Assembly (NCBI GenBank): GCA_038078255.1
Contig: JBBUEH010000013.1
Coordinates: 1-41,561, forward strand
Origin: Patescibacteria group bacterium
Lineage (GTDB): Bacteria; Patescibacteriota; Minisyncoccia; Phycocordibacterales; UBA9973
DNA length: 41,561 nt
Direction: 5' to 3'
Shown: positions 16,410 through 24,176 of the stretch, in pieces
Layout: each line of letters starts with the position of its first letter
How positions within the stretch are numbered: position 1 is the stretch's first letter
Notes under the pieces: generated by a model
Seen by the model: the letters and a program-made list of their open reading frames with translations, nothing else
Database searches by the model: none
Told to the model about the DNA's origin: nothing
Translations under genes and position numbers: made by a program

Positions 16410-17753
16410 ATGGATACAAAACAGCTTTGGAAAAATTGTCTGGTTGAAATTGAGACAGGTATGTCGAAAGCGAATTTCAGCACTTGGTTCAAAAACACCT
16501 CTATTATCAAAGAAGATGCCGGCATCATTCATATTGGGGTGCCGAACGAATTTGTTCGTGACTGGCTGATGAATAAATACAACAAGCTCATTTCTAAAAC
16601 CATCGCCGACGCCTACGAGCACATGCGAGCAGTGGAGTACATTATTACCAAAGTAGAAAATACTACTGAGGGCACCCAAATAAAAAATGAATCCTATGTA
16701 AATAAAGAATTACCCTTAAAAGATCTTTATATAAACCCGGAAGATAATCTAAATCCTCGTTACCATTTCAATTCTTTCATCGTTGGATCTTTCAATGAGC
16801 TTGCTTATGCCGCTTCTCAAGCGATCATCGACAACCCCGGCACGAGATACAATCCCTTTTTCATTTATGGTGGGACGGGTCTCGGCAAGACTCACTTGAT
16901 CCAAGCCGTCGGAAATAAAATAAAAGAAAAATATCCAAATAAAAAAGCGCATTATATGACGCTCGAAAAATTTGCGACCGACTTTATCAGTTCTCTCCAG
17001 AGTAATAAAGCAAATTCTTTTAAAGAAAAATATCGCAAATATGACCTTTTAATTATCGACGATATCCAATTCATTGGTAAAATGGAAAAAATCCAAGAAG
17101 AACTTTTCCACACCTTTAACACTTTTTACGAAAATAACAAACAAATTATTTTCTCTTCCGACAAACATCCCAACTACATTCCGGAATTGGCCGATCGTTT
17201 GAAATCCCGTTTTGCCGCTGGGATGATTGTGGACATCTCTCCGCCCGAGTTTGAGTCTCGTCTGGCGATTTTAACAGTAAAATTGCAAGAGCTTGGTGTG
17301 GATTTAGACAAAGAAATAATTGAATATGTGGCTGGAGCCGTCGAGGGCAACATCCGAGAACTAGAAGGAAGTTTAAACATCATCGTCTGCCAATATCGAT
17401 TGAAAAATCGACCTCCTACTCTCGTCGAGGTAAAGAACCTATTGAAAAACAACATGAAGCCCAAGAAGAATATGGCCATCAAAGATGTTGTAAAAATAGT
17501 AAGTGAACATTATAAAATAGAAGAAGCCTCGATTTACGAAAAAACTAGAAAGAAAGAAATAGTCAAAGCCAGACAAGTGGTGATGTACTTATTAAGAGAA
17601 GACTTCAGTGTTTCCTATCCACTCATTGGACAAAAGCTGGGGGGGAAGGATCACACTACTGTCATCCACTCTTGCTTAAAGGTGAAAAACGACTTGAAAA
17701 ACGACCCGCAACTTTTACAAGAATTAGAACAAATTAGAATTATGTTTAAGTAA
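16410..17753 (+). CDS. dnaA: Chromosomal replication initiator DnaA
   Basis: 447 aa. Walker A GGTGLGKTHL, DDIQF, C-terminal DNA-binding ..GKDHTTVIHS. Confidence 0.95.
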   Translation: MDTKQLWKNCLVEIETGMSKANFSTWFKNTSIIKEDAGIIHIGVPNEFVRDWLMNKYNKLISKTIADAYEHMRAVEYIITKVENTTEGTQIKNESYVNKELPLKDLYINPEDNLNPRYHFNSFIVGSFNELAYAASQAIIDNPGTRYNPFFIYGGTGLGKTHLIQAVGNKIKEKYPNKKAHYMTLEKFATDFISSLQSNKANSFKEKYRKYDLLIIDDIQFIGKMEKIQEELFHTFNTFYENNKQIIFSSDKHPNYIPELADRLKSRFAAGMIVDISPPEFESRLAILTVKLQELGVDLDKEIIEYVAGAVEGNIRELEGSLNIIVCQYRLKNRPPTLVEVKNLLKNNMKPKKNMAIKDVVKIVSEHYKIEEASIYEKTRKKEIVKARQVVMYLLREDFSVSYPLIGQKLGGKDHTTVIHSCLKVKNDLKNDPQLLQELEQIRIMFK

Positions 17754-17770
17754 TTAAAAGTTATTAGACT

Positions 17771-17839
17771 TAAATTAAAAATAAAAAACACCAACAACCC
17801 GATAAATTAAAAATAAAAAAAGTTATCCACTTATCAACA
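17771..17839 (+). promoter_or_regulatory. Putative oriC unwinding region: 18-nt perfect AT-rich direct repeat x2 plus DnaA-box pair
   Basis: taaattaaaaataaaaaa at 17771-17788 and 17803-17820. TTATCCACT at 17823-17831 overlaps TTATCAACA at 17831-17839. Confidence 0.65.
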
Positions 17840-17882
17840 CCCTTAATAGTATTAATAAATTTAATATATAAAATATAAACAC

Positions 17883-18980
17883 ATGAAATTAGAATGCAAA
17901 GTAGAGGATATTAAAAATAAAATTTCTCAAATAGAAAGAATCACGGGTAAAAATTTAACCTTACCAATTTTAAATTCTATTTTATTAATCGCTTCTGGAA
18001 AATATTTGAAAATGAGGGCCACCAACTTAAGTCTTGGGATTGAAATAGAAATTCCAGCTAAAATAGAAAAAGAGGGGATGCTCGCTATTTCTGGTTCGGT
18101 GTTGAATAATATCTTTTCTAATATTTTTCAAAACGAGAATATCCATCTCGAAGACATTAACGGCAATCTGTTGATTGAAACAAAAAAAAGTAAAATAAAG
18201 TTAAAAGCTCAAATCAGCGACGACTTCCCAACGATCCCAAAAGTGGTGGGCACCATTTTTGAAATAGGAGCCAAGAAATTAATCGAAGGGATAAAATCAG
18301 TTTACTATAGCTCTTCAGTATCAGACATTAAACCTGAAATTTCAAGTGTTTTTATTTATACCAACGAAGATAATTTGGTGTTTGTCTCCACAGACTCTTT
18401 TAGGTTGGCGGAGAAAAAAATTAAAATAAAAGGGATCCCAGAAATCACCGGTCTGCTTCTCCCGTTTAAAAATGTCTCAGAAATTGTGAAAGTTTTTGGA
18501 GAGGTGGGAGGGGACATCAAGGTATGTTTTAATAAAAATCAAATTTCTTTTTCTTCAGAGGGAGTTTATCTGACTTCCAGAGTAATCGATGGGATTTTCC
18601 CAGATTATCGGCAGATTATTCCAAAGAATTCAGAAACCACCGCCACGGTATTGAAGCAGGATTTGCTCAATGCGCTAAAACTTTCAAATATTTTTTCGGA
18701 TAAATTTAATCAAGTAATTTTAAAAATCGCGCCAAAGGAAAAAGTTTTTGAGTTATCCTCTGCGAACAACGATATTGGAGAAAATAAAACATTTTTGGAT
18801 GCCGCTCTAACGGGGGAAGAAGTGGAACTTGGTTTTAATTATAAATATTTTCTAGATTGTTTCCAGTCGATAAGTACTGACAGCCTTGTGGTAAAATTAT
18901 CTGGTGTCGCTAGCCCGATAGTGGTATCGCCAGTTTCTGATTCCTCGTTTACTTATCTCATTATGCCGATGAATCGATAA
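17883..18980 (+). CDS. dnaN: DNA polymerase III beta sliding clamp
   Basis: 365 aa. Position after dnaA and typical three-domain length. C-terminal ..YLIMPM. Confidence 0.9.
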   Translation: MKLECKVEDIKNKISQIERITGKNLTLPILNSILLIASGKYLKMRATNLSLGIEIEIPAKIEKEGMLAISGSVLNNIFSNIFQNENIHLEDINGNLLIETKKSKIKLKAQISDDFPTIPKVVGTIFEIGAKKLIEGIKSVYYSSSVSDIKPEISSVFIYTNEDNLVFVSTDSFRLAEKKIKIKGIPEITGLLLPFKNVSEIVKVFGEVGGDIKVCFNKNQISFSSEGVYLTSRVIDGIFPDYRQIIPKNSETTATVLKQDLLNALKLSNIFSDKFNQVILKIAPKEKVFELSSANNDIGENKTFLDAALTGEEVELGFNYKYFLDCFQSISTDSLVVKLSGVASPIVVSPVSDSSFTYLIMPMNR

Positions 18981-18982
18981 TA

Positions 18983-19007
18983 AACTTGGAGGTTCTTCCT
19001 CCAAGTT
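18983..19007. terminator. Bidirectional hairpin terminator (10-bp stem), same sequence family as 14322-14365
   Basis: aacttggagg ttctt cctccaagtt. Overlaps the stop codon of the minus-strand PBP gene by 2 nt. Confidence 0.7.
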
Positions 19008-21540
19008 AGTTTACTACCTCAAATTTCAAACTCGTTTCATTGCTATTAGAAACACTATCATAACCAATTATTCTCAACTCATTTTCCGTCTGCAGATTTT
19101 CTAATTCAGAAGGGAGTAAAGAAAAAATAAAAGGAGCGTTAGAAGTTCCCAGATAAATGTTATTGATGAAAATATCAATTTTGGCAAGCGGGTATTGGCC
19201 AGAACTTGAAATTTTTAAATTTATTTTTTTATCTCGAGGATAAGTCGTTTCTTTATTTGGTTCAATAATTGAAATAATTGGTCTGGATGCTTCAGTGTGC
19301 ACATCATCTACTTCATTTGGTTTTTCTCCCAAAGTTGTTGTGCCATATCTTCCTCTATTTTGCGCCCACCAATTCTGAATGGGTATTTCCCAATGGCTAA
19401 ATTGCCAGTTCTTTTCAGGATTTTGGGGTGGAGTTCCCGGAATATCATCCCGGTCTATCCAAAAAAGAATGGAATGCACATTGGTCACTACTTTTTCTTC
19501 TAAAGTTTCCTTCGGAGTGAGTTCGGTGGCTAATTTGCCAGAAATTTTATCAATAAAAAAGTTTTCGTTTCCTTGCCAGAATCCACGCAAGGCAGGCTTG
19601 ACTGTTCGTGGATCAACTTCTAAATTTGGTTCTTCGAATTTTTCATCCGGTAAAATTTTCAATGCTTCATTTGTAAATTTATTCCAAATGGGTCCGGCAA
19701 GCGCCGCTCCACCCTTTTTCATCGGTTTGTTGTCATTATTGCCTGCCCAAACACCCACAACGACAGACGGAGTGTAGCCAATAGTCCAAGCATCTTTGTT
19801 GTTATTAGTCGTTCCGGTTTTTACGGCAACGGTTTTGTTGGGGATATAAAGCGTAGATCGTGCGCCGAAAGTCGGGATGCGGGATTTCTCATCACTTAAA
19901 ATATCCGAGATAGTTAAAGCCGTGTTTTTAGTTAAAACTTCTCGAGGTCTGGGCTGGAATTCTTCTAAAATTTTTCCACTCGCATCTTCAATTTTTAAAA
20001 TTCCAGTCTGCGGGTTTCTTGTCCCATTGTTAGCAAAAACTCCGTAAGCTGAAGTTAAATCAAGAAGCGACACCTCGCCCCCTCCGATGACCAGAGTCAG
20101 TCCGTATCGGCTAATGTCGCTGAGGGTGCTGATGCCCATGTCTTCTGCCACTCTTAAAGAATCAGAAAGTCCTGCCAAATAAAAAAGTTTTACCGCTGGA
20201 ATGTTAATTGATTGCGCCAAAGCATCTCGCAGACTGAGCGGGCCTCGAAACTTTCCATCATAATTATCCGGCATATAACAATCCTGCTGGTTGTGTCCCG
20301 GGAGCGCTTTTCCTGCCGCATTGCAGGTGCTTTGGAATTCTGTAGGAAGGTCGAAGAGTACTGTGTCAGGCGTAAATCCTTTACTAAAGGCTGTCGCATA
20401 AATAAATGGTTTGAAAGAAGACCCTGGTTGCCTGGAAGCGGTAGCGATGTTAAAGTTTCCGTCAATATTTTTATCAAAGTAATCTCGAGAACCTACCATG
20501 GTTAAAATTTGCCCTGTGGTGGGGTCTATTGCTACTAAGCCGGCATTTGTTCCGTTCCAATCTTTTTCATTTTTTAGAGCGCCTTCTTGAACAATTTGTT
20601 CTCCTTTTTCTTGGAGTTCATAATGGAGCGTGCTTGTCACTTTTAATCCACCCCTCTCGGCTGTTTCTGTGCCGTATTTTTCTTCTAAATAATCTTTAAT
20701 AAAGAAAACGAAATGAGGCGCTTTGATTCCAGTGGTTGTTTGCGGAACGAAAACAACTAATTCGCTCTTTGCTTTGTCGTGTTCTTCTTGGTTGATGAAA
20801 TTAAGTTCCAACATTCTAGAAAGGACGAGATTCTTCCTTGCTTCTAGTTTTTCTTTGTTTTTTCCGTAGGGAGAAAGTGAAGTTGGAGACTGGGGGATAG
20901 ATGCTAAATAAGCCGCTTCCGAGAGGGTCAAATCAATGGCGCTCTTGTTGAAATAAGTTTTACTTGCTTCTTCTATGCCGTAAACGGTCCCTCCGTAAGG
21001 AGCCTCGTTTAAATAATATTCTAGAATTTTTTCTTTTGGCATGGATCGGTCTATTTTGATGGCCAAAACCCATTCCTTTATTTTTCGAGTATAAGTTTTT
21101 TTCTGAGTCAAGAGAGTGTTTTTTACCAGTTGTTGAGTGATGGTTGAACCACCTTGGGTACGGCCCGTGCCGAGGAAATTCGACAACACCGCTCGAAGAA
21201 TAGAAGTGATCCTTATTCCGTTGTGGTTATAAAATTCAGAATCCTCGATGGCCACCGTGGCGTTCTTGATATTTATTCCCATATTTTCGAACGAGATGTC
21301 TGTTCTTTTAGTGTCTCGATGGATGTCGTAAAGTAGAATTTCGCCCGTGCGATCGTAAATTTTCGTAGAATTTTCTATTATCCTGTCTTCGAAGGAATGA
21401 AAGTCAGGAATTTTCATCGAAACAAGCCAGAGGATTACAAATCCGGTGAATAAAATAAAAATACTCACCCCCAACATTATTAAATTCCTAGCAAATCTAC
21501 TCTGCTTGCATTTTTTATACATATCATAAAATTTCTTCAT
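19006..21540 (-). CDS. Class A penicillin-binding protein (transglycosylase/transpeptidase) with C-terminal extension
   Basis: 844 aa. GT51 motifs EDSEFYNHNGI and RTQGGSTITQQL. TPase motifs SSFKP (SxxK) and KTGTT. Confidence 0.9.
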   Translation of the reverse strand: MKKFYDMYKKCKQSRFARNLIMLGVSIFILFTGFVILWLVSMKIPDFHSFEDRIIENSTKIYDRTGEILLYDIHRDTKRTDISFENMGINIKNATVAIEDSEFYNHNGIRITSILRAVLSNFLGTGRTQGGSTITQQLVKNTLLTQKKTYTRKIKEWVLAIKIDRSMPKEKILEYYLNEAPYGGTVYGIEEASKTYFNKSAIDLTLSEAAYLASIPQSPTSLSPYGKNKEKLEARKNLVLSRMLELNFINQEEHDKAKSELVVFVPQTTTGIKAPHFVFFIKDYLEEKYGTETAERGGLKVTSTLHYELQEKGEQIVQEGALKNEKDWNGTNAGLVAIDPTTGQILTMVGSRDYFDKNIDGNFNIATASRQPGSSFKPFIYATAFSKGFTPDTVLFDLPTEFQSTCNAAGKALPGHNQQDCYMPDNYDGKFRGPLSLRDALAQSINIPAVKLFYLAGLSDSLRVAEDMGISTLSDISRYGLTLVIGGGEVSLLDLTSAYGVFANNGTRNPQTGILKIEDASGKILEEFQPRPREVLTKNTALTISDILSDEKSRIPTFGARSTLYIPNKTVAVKTGTTNNNKDAWTIGYTPSVVVGVWAGNNDNKPMKKGGAALAGPIWNKFTNEALKILPDEKFEEPNLEVDPRTVKPALRGFWQGNENFFIDKISGKLATELTPKETLEEKVVTNVHSILFWIDRDDIPGTPPQNPEKNWQFSHWEIPIQNWWAQNRGRYGTTTLGEKPNEVDDVHTEASRPIISIIEPNKETTYPRDKKINLKISSSGQYPLAKIDIFINNIYLGTSNAPFIFSLLPSELENLQTENELRIIGYDSVSNSNETSLKFEVVN

Positions 21541-21560
21541 TCTCTAGATTATATCAGAAA

Positions 21561-22757
21561 ATGTGGTATCATTCGAGTATGAAAGTTGTTACAGATGAGA
21601 AAAAAATAGATGAAATTTTAACAAGGGGGGTAGAAGAGGTGATAGAGAAAGATCATCTAAAGAAAAAATTACTATCTGGTAAACAAGTCAGAGTTAAATT
21701 TGGGATTGACCCCACAATGCCCGACCTGCACTTGGGACATAGTGTGCCGTTACGAAAATTGCGTCAATTCCAAGATTTAGGGCACAAAGCCGTTCTTATT
21801 ATTGGTGATTACACTGCCATGATAGGTGATCCAACAGGTAGAACAGAAACTCGAAAAGTACTTACTGAAAAGGAAGTAAAAGTAAATATGAAAAAATATT
21901 TAAATCAAGCTGGAAAAATTCTAGACATAAAAAAAACAGAAGTAAGATACAATAGCGAATGGCTCGATAAGGGATTGGAAGTTATTCTTTCTTTAGCCCA
22001 GGCAGGCACTGTAAATCAGATGCTCAGACGGGCTGACTTTAGGCAAAGAATGGACAATGATTTAGATATAACTGTTTTAGAACTCATGTATCCTCTTATG
22101 CAGGGATATGATTCTGTGTCAGTGAAGGCGGATGTTGAGCTTGGTGGGACGGATCAGAAATTTAATCTATTAATGGGAAGAAAAGTGCAAAGACACTTCG
22201 ACCAACCAGAACAAGATGTGGTAACTTTTCCTTTACTGGAAGGCCTTGATGGAGTAAAAAAAATGAGTAAAAGTTTTGGGAACTATATTGCTTTAGATGA
22301 AAAACCAAAAGAAATGTTTGGGAAGATTATGTCTATACCGGACACTCTAATAAATAAATATATAAAATTATGCACGAATCTCTCTTTAGCAGAAATAGAT
22401 AATTCAAGAAAACAAAACCCTCGTGATCTCAAGATGAAACTTGCTCATGAAATTGTAAAAATTTGTCACGGGGAAGATGCCGCTCAAGAAGCCCAAGAGA
22501 ATTTCATTCACACTTTTCAGAAAAAAGAAATCCCCGAGACAATGCCGGAAATAAAATGCAAAATAGACGAGCTTCTAAGCGAGGTGTTGGTGAAAAATAA
22601 AATTCTATCTTCCAAGAGTGAATGGCGCAGGTTAGTGGGGGAGAAAGCGGTTCATGATTTAGTGAAGAATCAAAATATTCTAGAGGTCCATCTGAAAATT
22701 TCTACAGATTTGACTCTTCGAATAGGGAAAAAAAAGTTTGTCCGAATTCTAATTTAG
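21561..22757 (+). CDS. tyrS: Tyrosyl-tRNA synthetase
   Basis: HLGH and KMSKS class I motifs, C-terminal S4-like region. An alternative start at 21579 (MKVVTDE) is possible. Confidence 0.9.
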   Translation: MWYHSSMKVVTDEKKIDEILTRGVEEVIEKDHLKKKLLSGKQVRVKFGIDPTMPDLHLGHSVPLRKLRQFQDLGHKAVLIIGDYTAMIGDPTGRTETRKVLTEKEVKVNMKKYLNQAGKILDIKKTEVRYNSEWLDKGLEVILSLAQAGTVNQMLRRADFRQRMDNDLDITVLELMYPLMQGYDSVSVKADVELGGTDQKFNLLMGRKVQRHFDQPEQDVVTFPLLEGLDGVKKMSKSFGNYIALDEKPKEMFGKIMSIPDTLINKYIKLCTNLSLAEIDNSRKQNPRDLKMKLAHEIVKICHGEDAAQEAQENFIHTFQKKEIPETMPEIKCKIDELLSEVLVKNKILSSKSEWRRLVGEKAVHDLVKNQNILEVHLKISTDLTLRIGKKKFVRILI

Positions 22758-22774
22758 AGTTATCCACACTCTAA
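22754..22774 (+). promoter_or_regulatory. Hairpin (7-bp stem) containing a perfect DnaA box across its 5' arm and loop, just after tyrS
   Basis: ttagagt tatccac actctaa. TTATCCACA occupies 22760-22768. Confidence 0.5.
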
Positions 22775-22867
22775 GTCCTCTTGCTATTGCTAACTATTTT
22801 TTATTTTGCTACAAAGTAAGAAATTTGAGCATGGCTCAAAATTATTAACTAATTTCCAAATAAAAAT

Positions 22868-23002
22868 ATGAGTTATGATGAAGATGAAGTTGTAGATAGT
22901 GGTTTTAGAATAGGTGGCGATAGTGATGATGAATTAGAGATACCAGAGGGTATGCATGAAGACTTTGGACTCGACGAAGAAGATCCCGATAAAGATAGTT
23001 AG
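22868..23002 (+). CDS. Possible small, highly acidic protein (44 aa)
   Basis: Hand translation gives MSYDEDEVVDSGFRIGGDSDDELEIPEGMHEDFGLDEEDPDKDS. It fills an otherwise empty 260-nt gap. No homology claim. Confidence 0.35.
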   Translation: MSYDEDEVVDSGFRIGGDSDDELEIPEGMHEDFGLDEEDPDKDS

Positions 23003-23017
23003 AAAGATAGTTAAATT

Positions 23018-23539
23018 CTAAAATTTTAAATACGCAAAGGCAGTCAAGGCTGTGGCGATAGCGTCTAATTCGTCATCAGATTTTTTAAAACTATCAATAT
23101 CGACGAGTATTTTCACCATTTTATTTATCTGTGTTTTGTCCGCTCGACCGTAGCCCGTGGTGGCTACTTTTATTTGTAAGGGTGTTGCTTCAAAGATAGA
23201 AAGTCCCGCTTGTACTCCCTCATAAATCACCACTCCGCGCGCTTCTGCCACTCTCATAACTGTCTTCTGATTTGTATTTAAAAATAAAGTTTCTATTGCC
23301 AGTACTTCTGGTTTGTATTCTTTGATTACCCTCTTTACTTCTTCGCCGATTAGTTTCAACCGTTCGGAGAATTCCAATTTACTAGAAGTTTTAAAACATT
23401 CAGAAAAAATAACTTTCTCTTTTTTTTGTCCAGCATAGGAGTTTCCTATGATGTCATAGGAAACTCCTATGCTGGGTTTTTCTAACACTGCTATTCCCAG
23501 TCTTTCAAAACCTGGATCAATGCCTAGAATTTTTGTCAT
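23018..23539 (-). CDS. ruvC: Holliday junction resolvase RuvC
   Basis: 173 aa. ILGIDPG..LGIAVLE N-terminus, AIETLF, DELDAIATAL C-terminal catalytic region. Carries an insertion of about 15 aa encoded by a palindrome. Confidence 0.9.
   Translation of the reverse strand: MTKILGIDPGFERLGIAVLEKPSIGVSYDIIGNSYAGQKKEKVIFSECFKTSSKLEFSERLKLIGEEVKRVIKEYKPEVLAIETLFLNTNQKTVMRVAEARGVVIYEGVQAGLSIFEATPLQIKVATTGYGRADKTQINKMVKILVDIDSFKKSDDELDAIATALTAFAYLKF
23430..23475. repeat. 46-nt palindrome (22-bp perfect arms, 2-nt centre) in-frame inside ruvC
   Basis: ccagcataggagtttcctatga tg tcataggaaactcctatgctgg, pairs checked. Encodes ..PSIGVSYDIIGNSYAG.. between the first beta-strands of RuvC. Confidence 0.95.
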
Positions 23540-23567
23540 GATTTTATTTTACCATGATTTTATTTTA

Positions 23568-23672
23568 TCTCCTCCTTATGGAGGAGGAGTGCCCCCCGAC
23601 ATAGGTCGGGGGCGAAGTGGTGATTAAAGAATTACCACCCCCAACCCCTCCTTGATGAAGGAGGGGAGGAAT
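23568..23672 (-). repeat. Multi-hairpin repeat element, copy B (intergenic, inverted relative to copy A)
   Basis: Its reverse complement aligns with 13253-13344. Hairpins: ctcctcc-ttat-ggaggag, gcccccgac-atag-gtcgggggc, ggtggtg-N13-taccacc, cccctcc-N8-ggagggg. Confidence 0.8.
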
Positions 23673-23678
23673 GCAGGA

Positions 23679-23687
23679 TGTGGATAA
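23679..23687 (-). promoter_or_regulatory. Perfect DnaA box (TTATCCACA on minus strand)
   Basis: tgtggataa at 23679-23687. Confidence 0.5.
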
Positions 23688-23715
23688 CTCATTTGCATAG
23701 ATAGATAGATATATT

Positions 23716-23980
23716 CTTTAAAAAGAAGATACACCCCACAGATGATCGTGGGGGTGTCGTAGTACACAAGGAACAAACACCATGAGAACGTACATCAAGT
23801 ACACCAACGGCCCCGGCAACGACAACACCGGCGCCCCTGCTCAAGTCGAATCTGCCGTTATCGGCGTGACGGTAGGCAGTGTCAACGGGACTCCTGCGAA
23901 GCCTTTGCATATCGGCGGGTGATCGACGCTGGGGGACCACCACCCCGGCAAGAAAGAGGGCGCACCCGGACGGGGGCCCT
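23716..23980 (-). ncRNA. Candidate structured RNA of unknown class (GC-rich islet); alternative reading is a 46-aa ORF on the plus strand at 23782-23922
   Basis: GC is 119/180 (66%) over 23801-23980 against 41/120 (34%) over 24001-24120, by hand count. On the minus strand a TAGAAT -10 sits at 23982-23987. A terminator hairpin acacccccac-N8-gtggggtgt plus U-run sits at 23716-23757. Several GC hairpins are present. No RNase P, tmRNA or SRP signature was found by eye. Confidence 0.3.
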
Positions 23981-24149
23981 CATTCTAAACAGTTTGTTCT
24001 TTCTGTCTGAAGAAACTAGTGAGTTTAACTCACAAACCGATAGATGCAAATCTATCCAGTGTCATTTCTGAAAAATGATATATCTTTCTTGACCTCTTTG
24101 AATCTCTTTGATTCATCGAGGTTTTTGTCTTTTTAGAGTAATTTCTATA

Positions 24150-24176
24150 CTTCCGCTAGGAAAGACCTAGCGGAAG
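24150..24176 (-). terminator. Perfect 11-bp hairpin abutting the ruvB stop codon
   Basis: cttccgctagg aaaga cctagcggaag. No clear U-tract, so terminator function is uncertain. Confidence 0.4.

Noticed and set aside
23689-23943. 84-aa Arg-rich ORF on the minus strand across the GC-rich islet.
   Set aside because: Its composition (RRSP.., runs of V/G/A) is typical of a spurious frame in GC-rich DNA. It runs into the terminator hairpin and the AT-rich spacer and has no RBS.
23716-23980. Calling the GC-rich islet RNase P RNA, tmRNA or SRP RNA.
   Set aside because: By eye I could not find the GAGGAAAGUCC / ACAGAACCCGGCUUA P4 strands, the tRNA-like GGGG...UCCACCA ends, or the GGAA-tetraloop/AGCA helix-8 motif. 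It is left as unclassified pending a covariance-model search.
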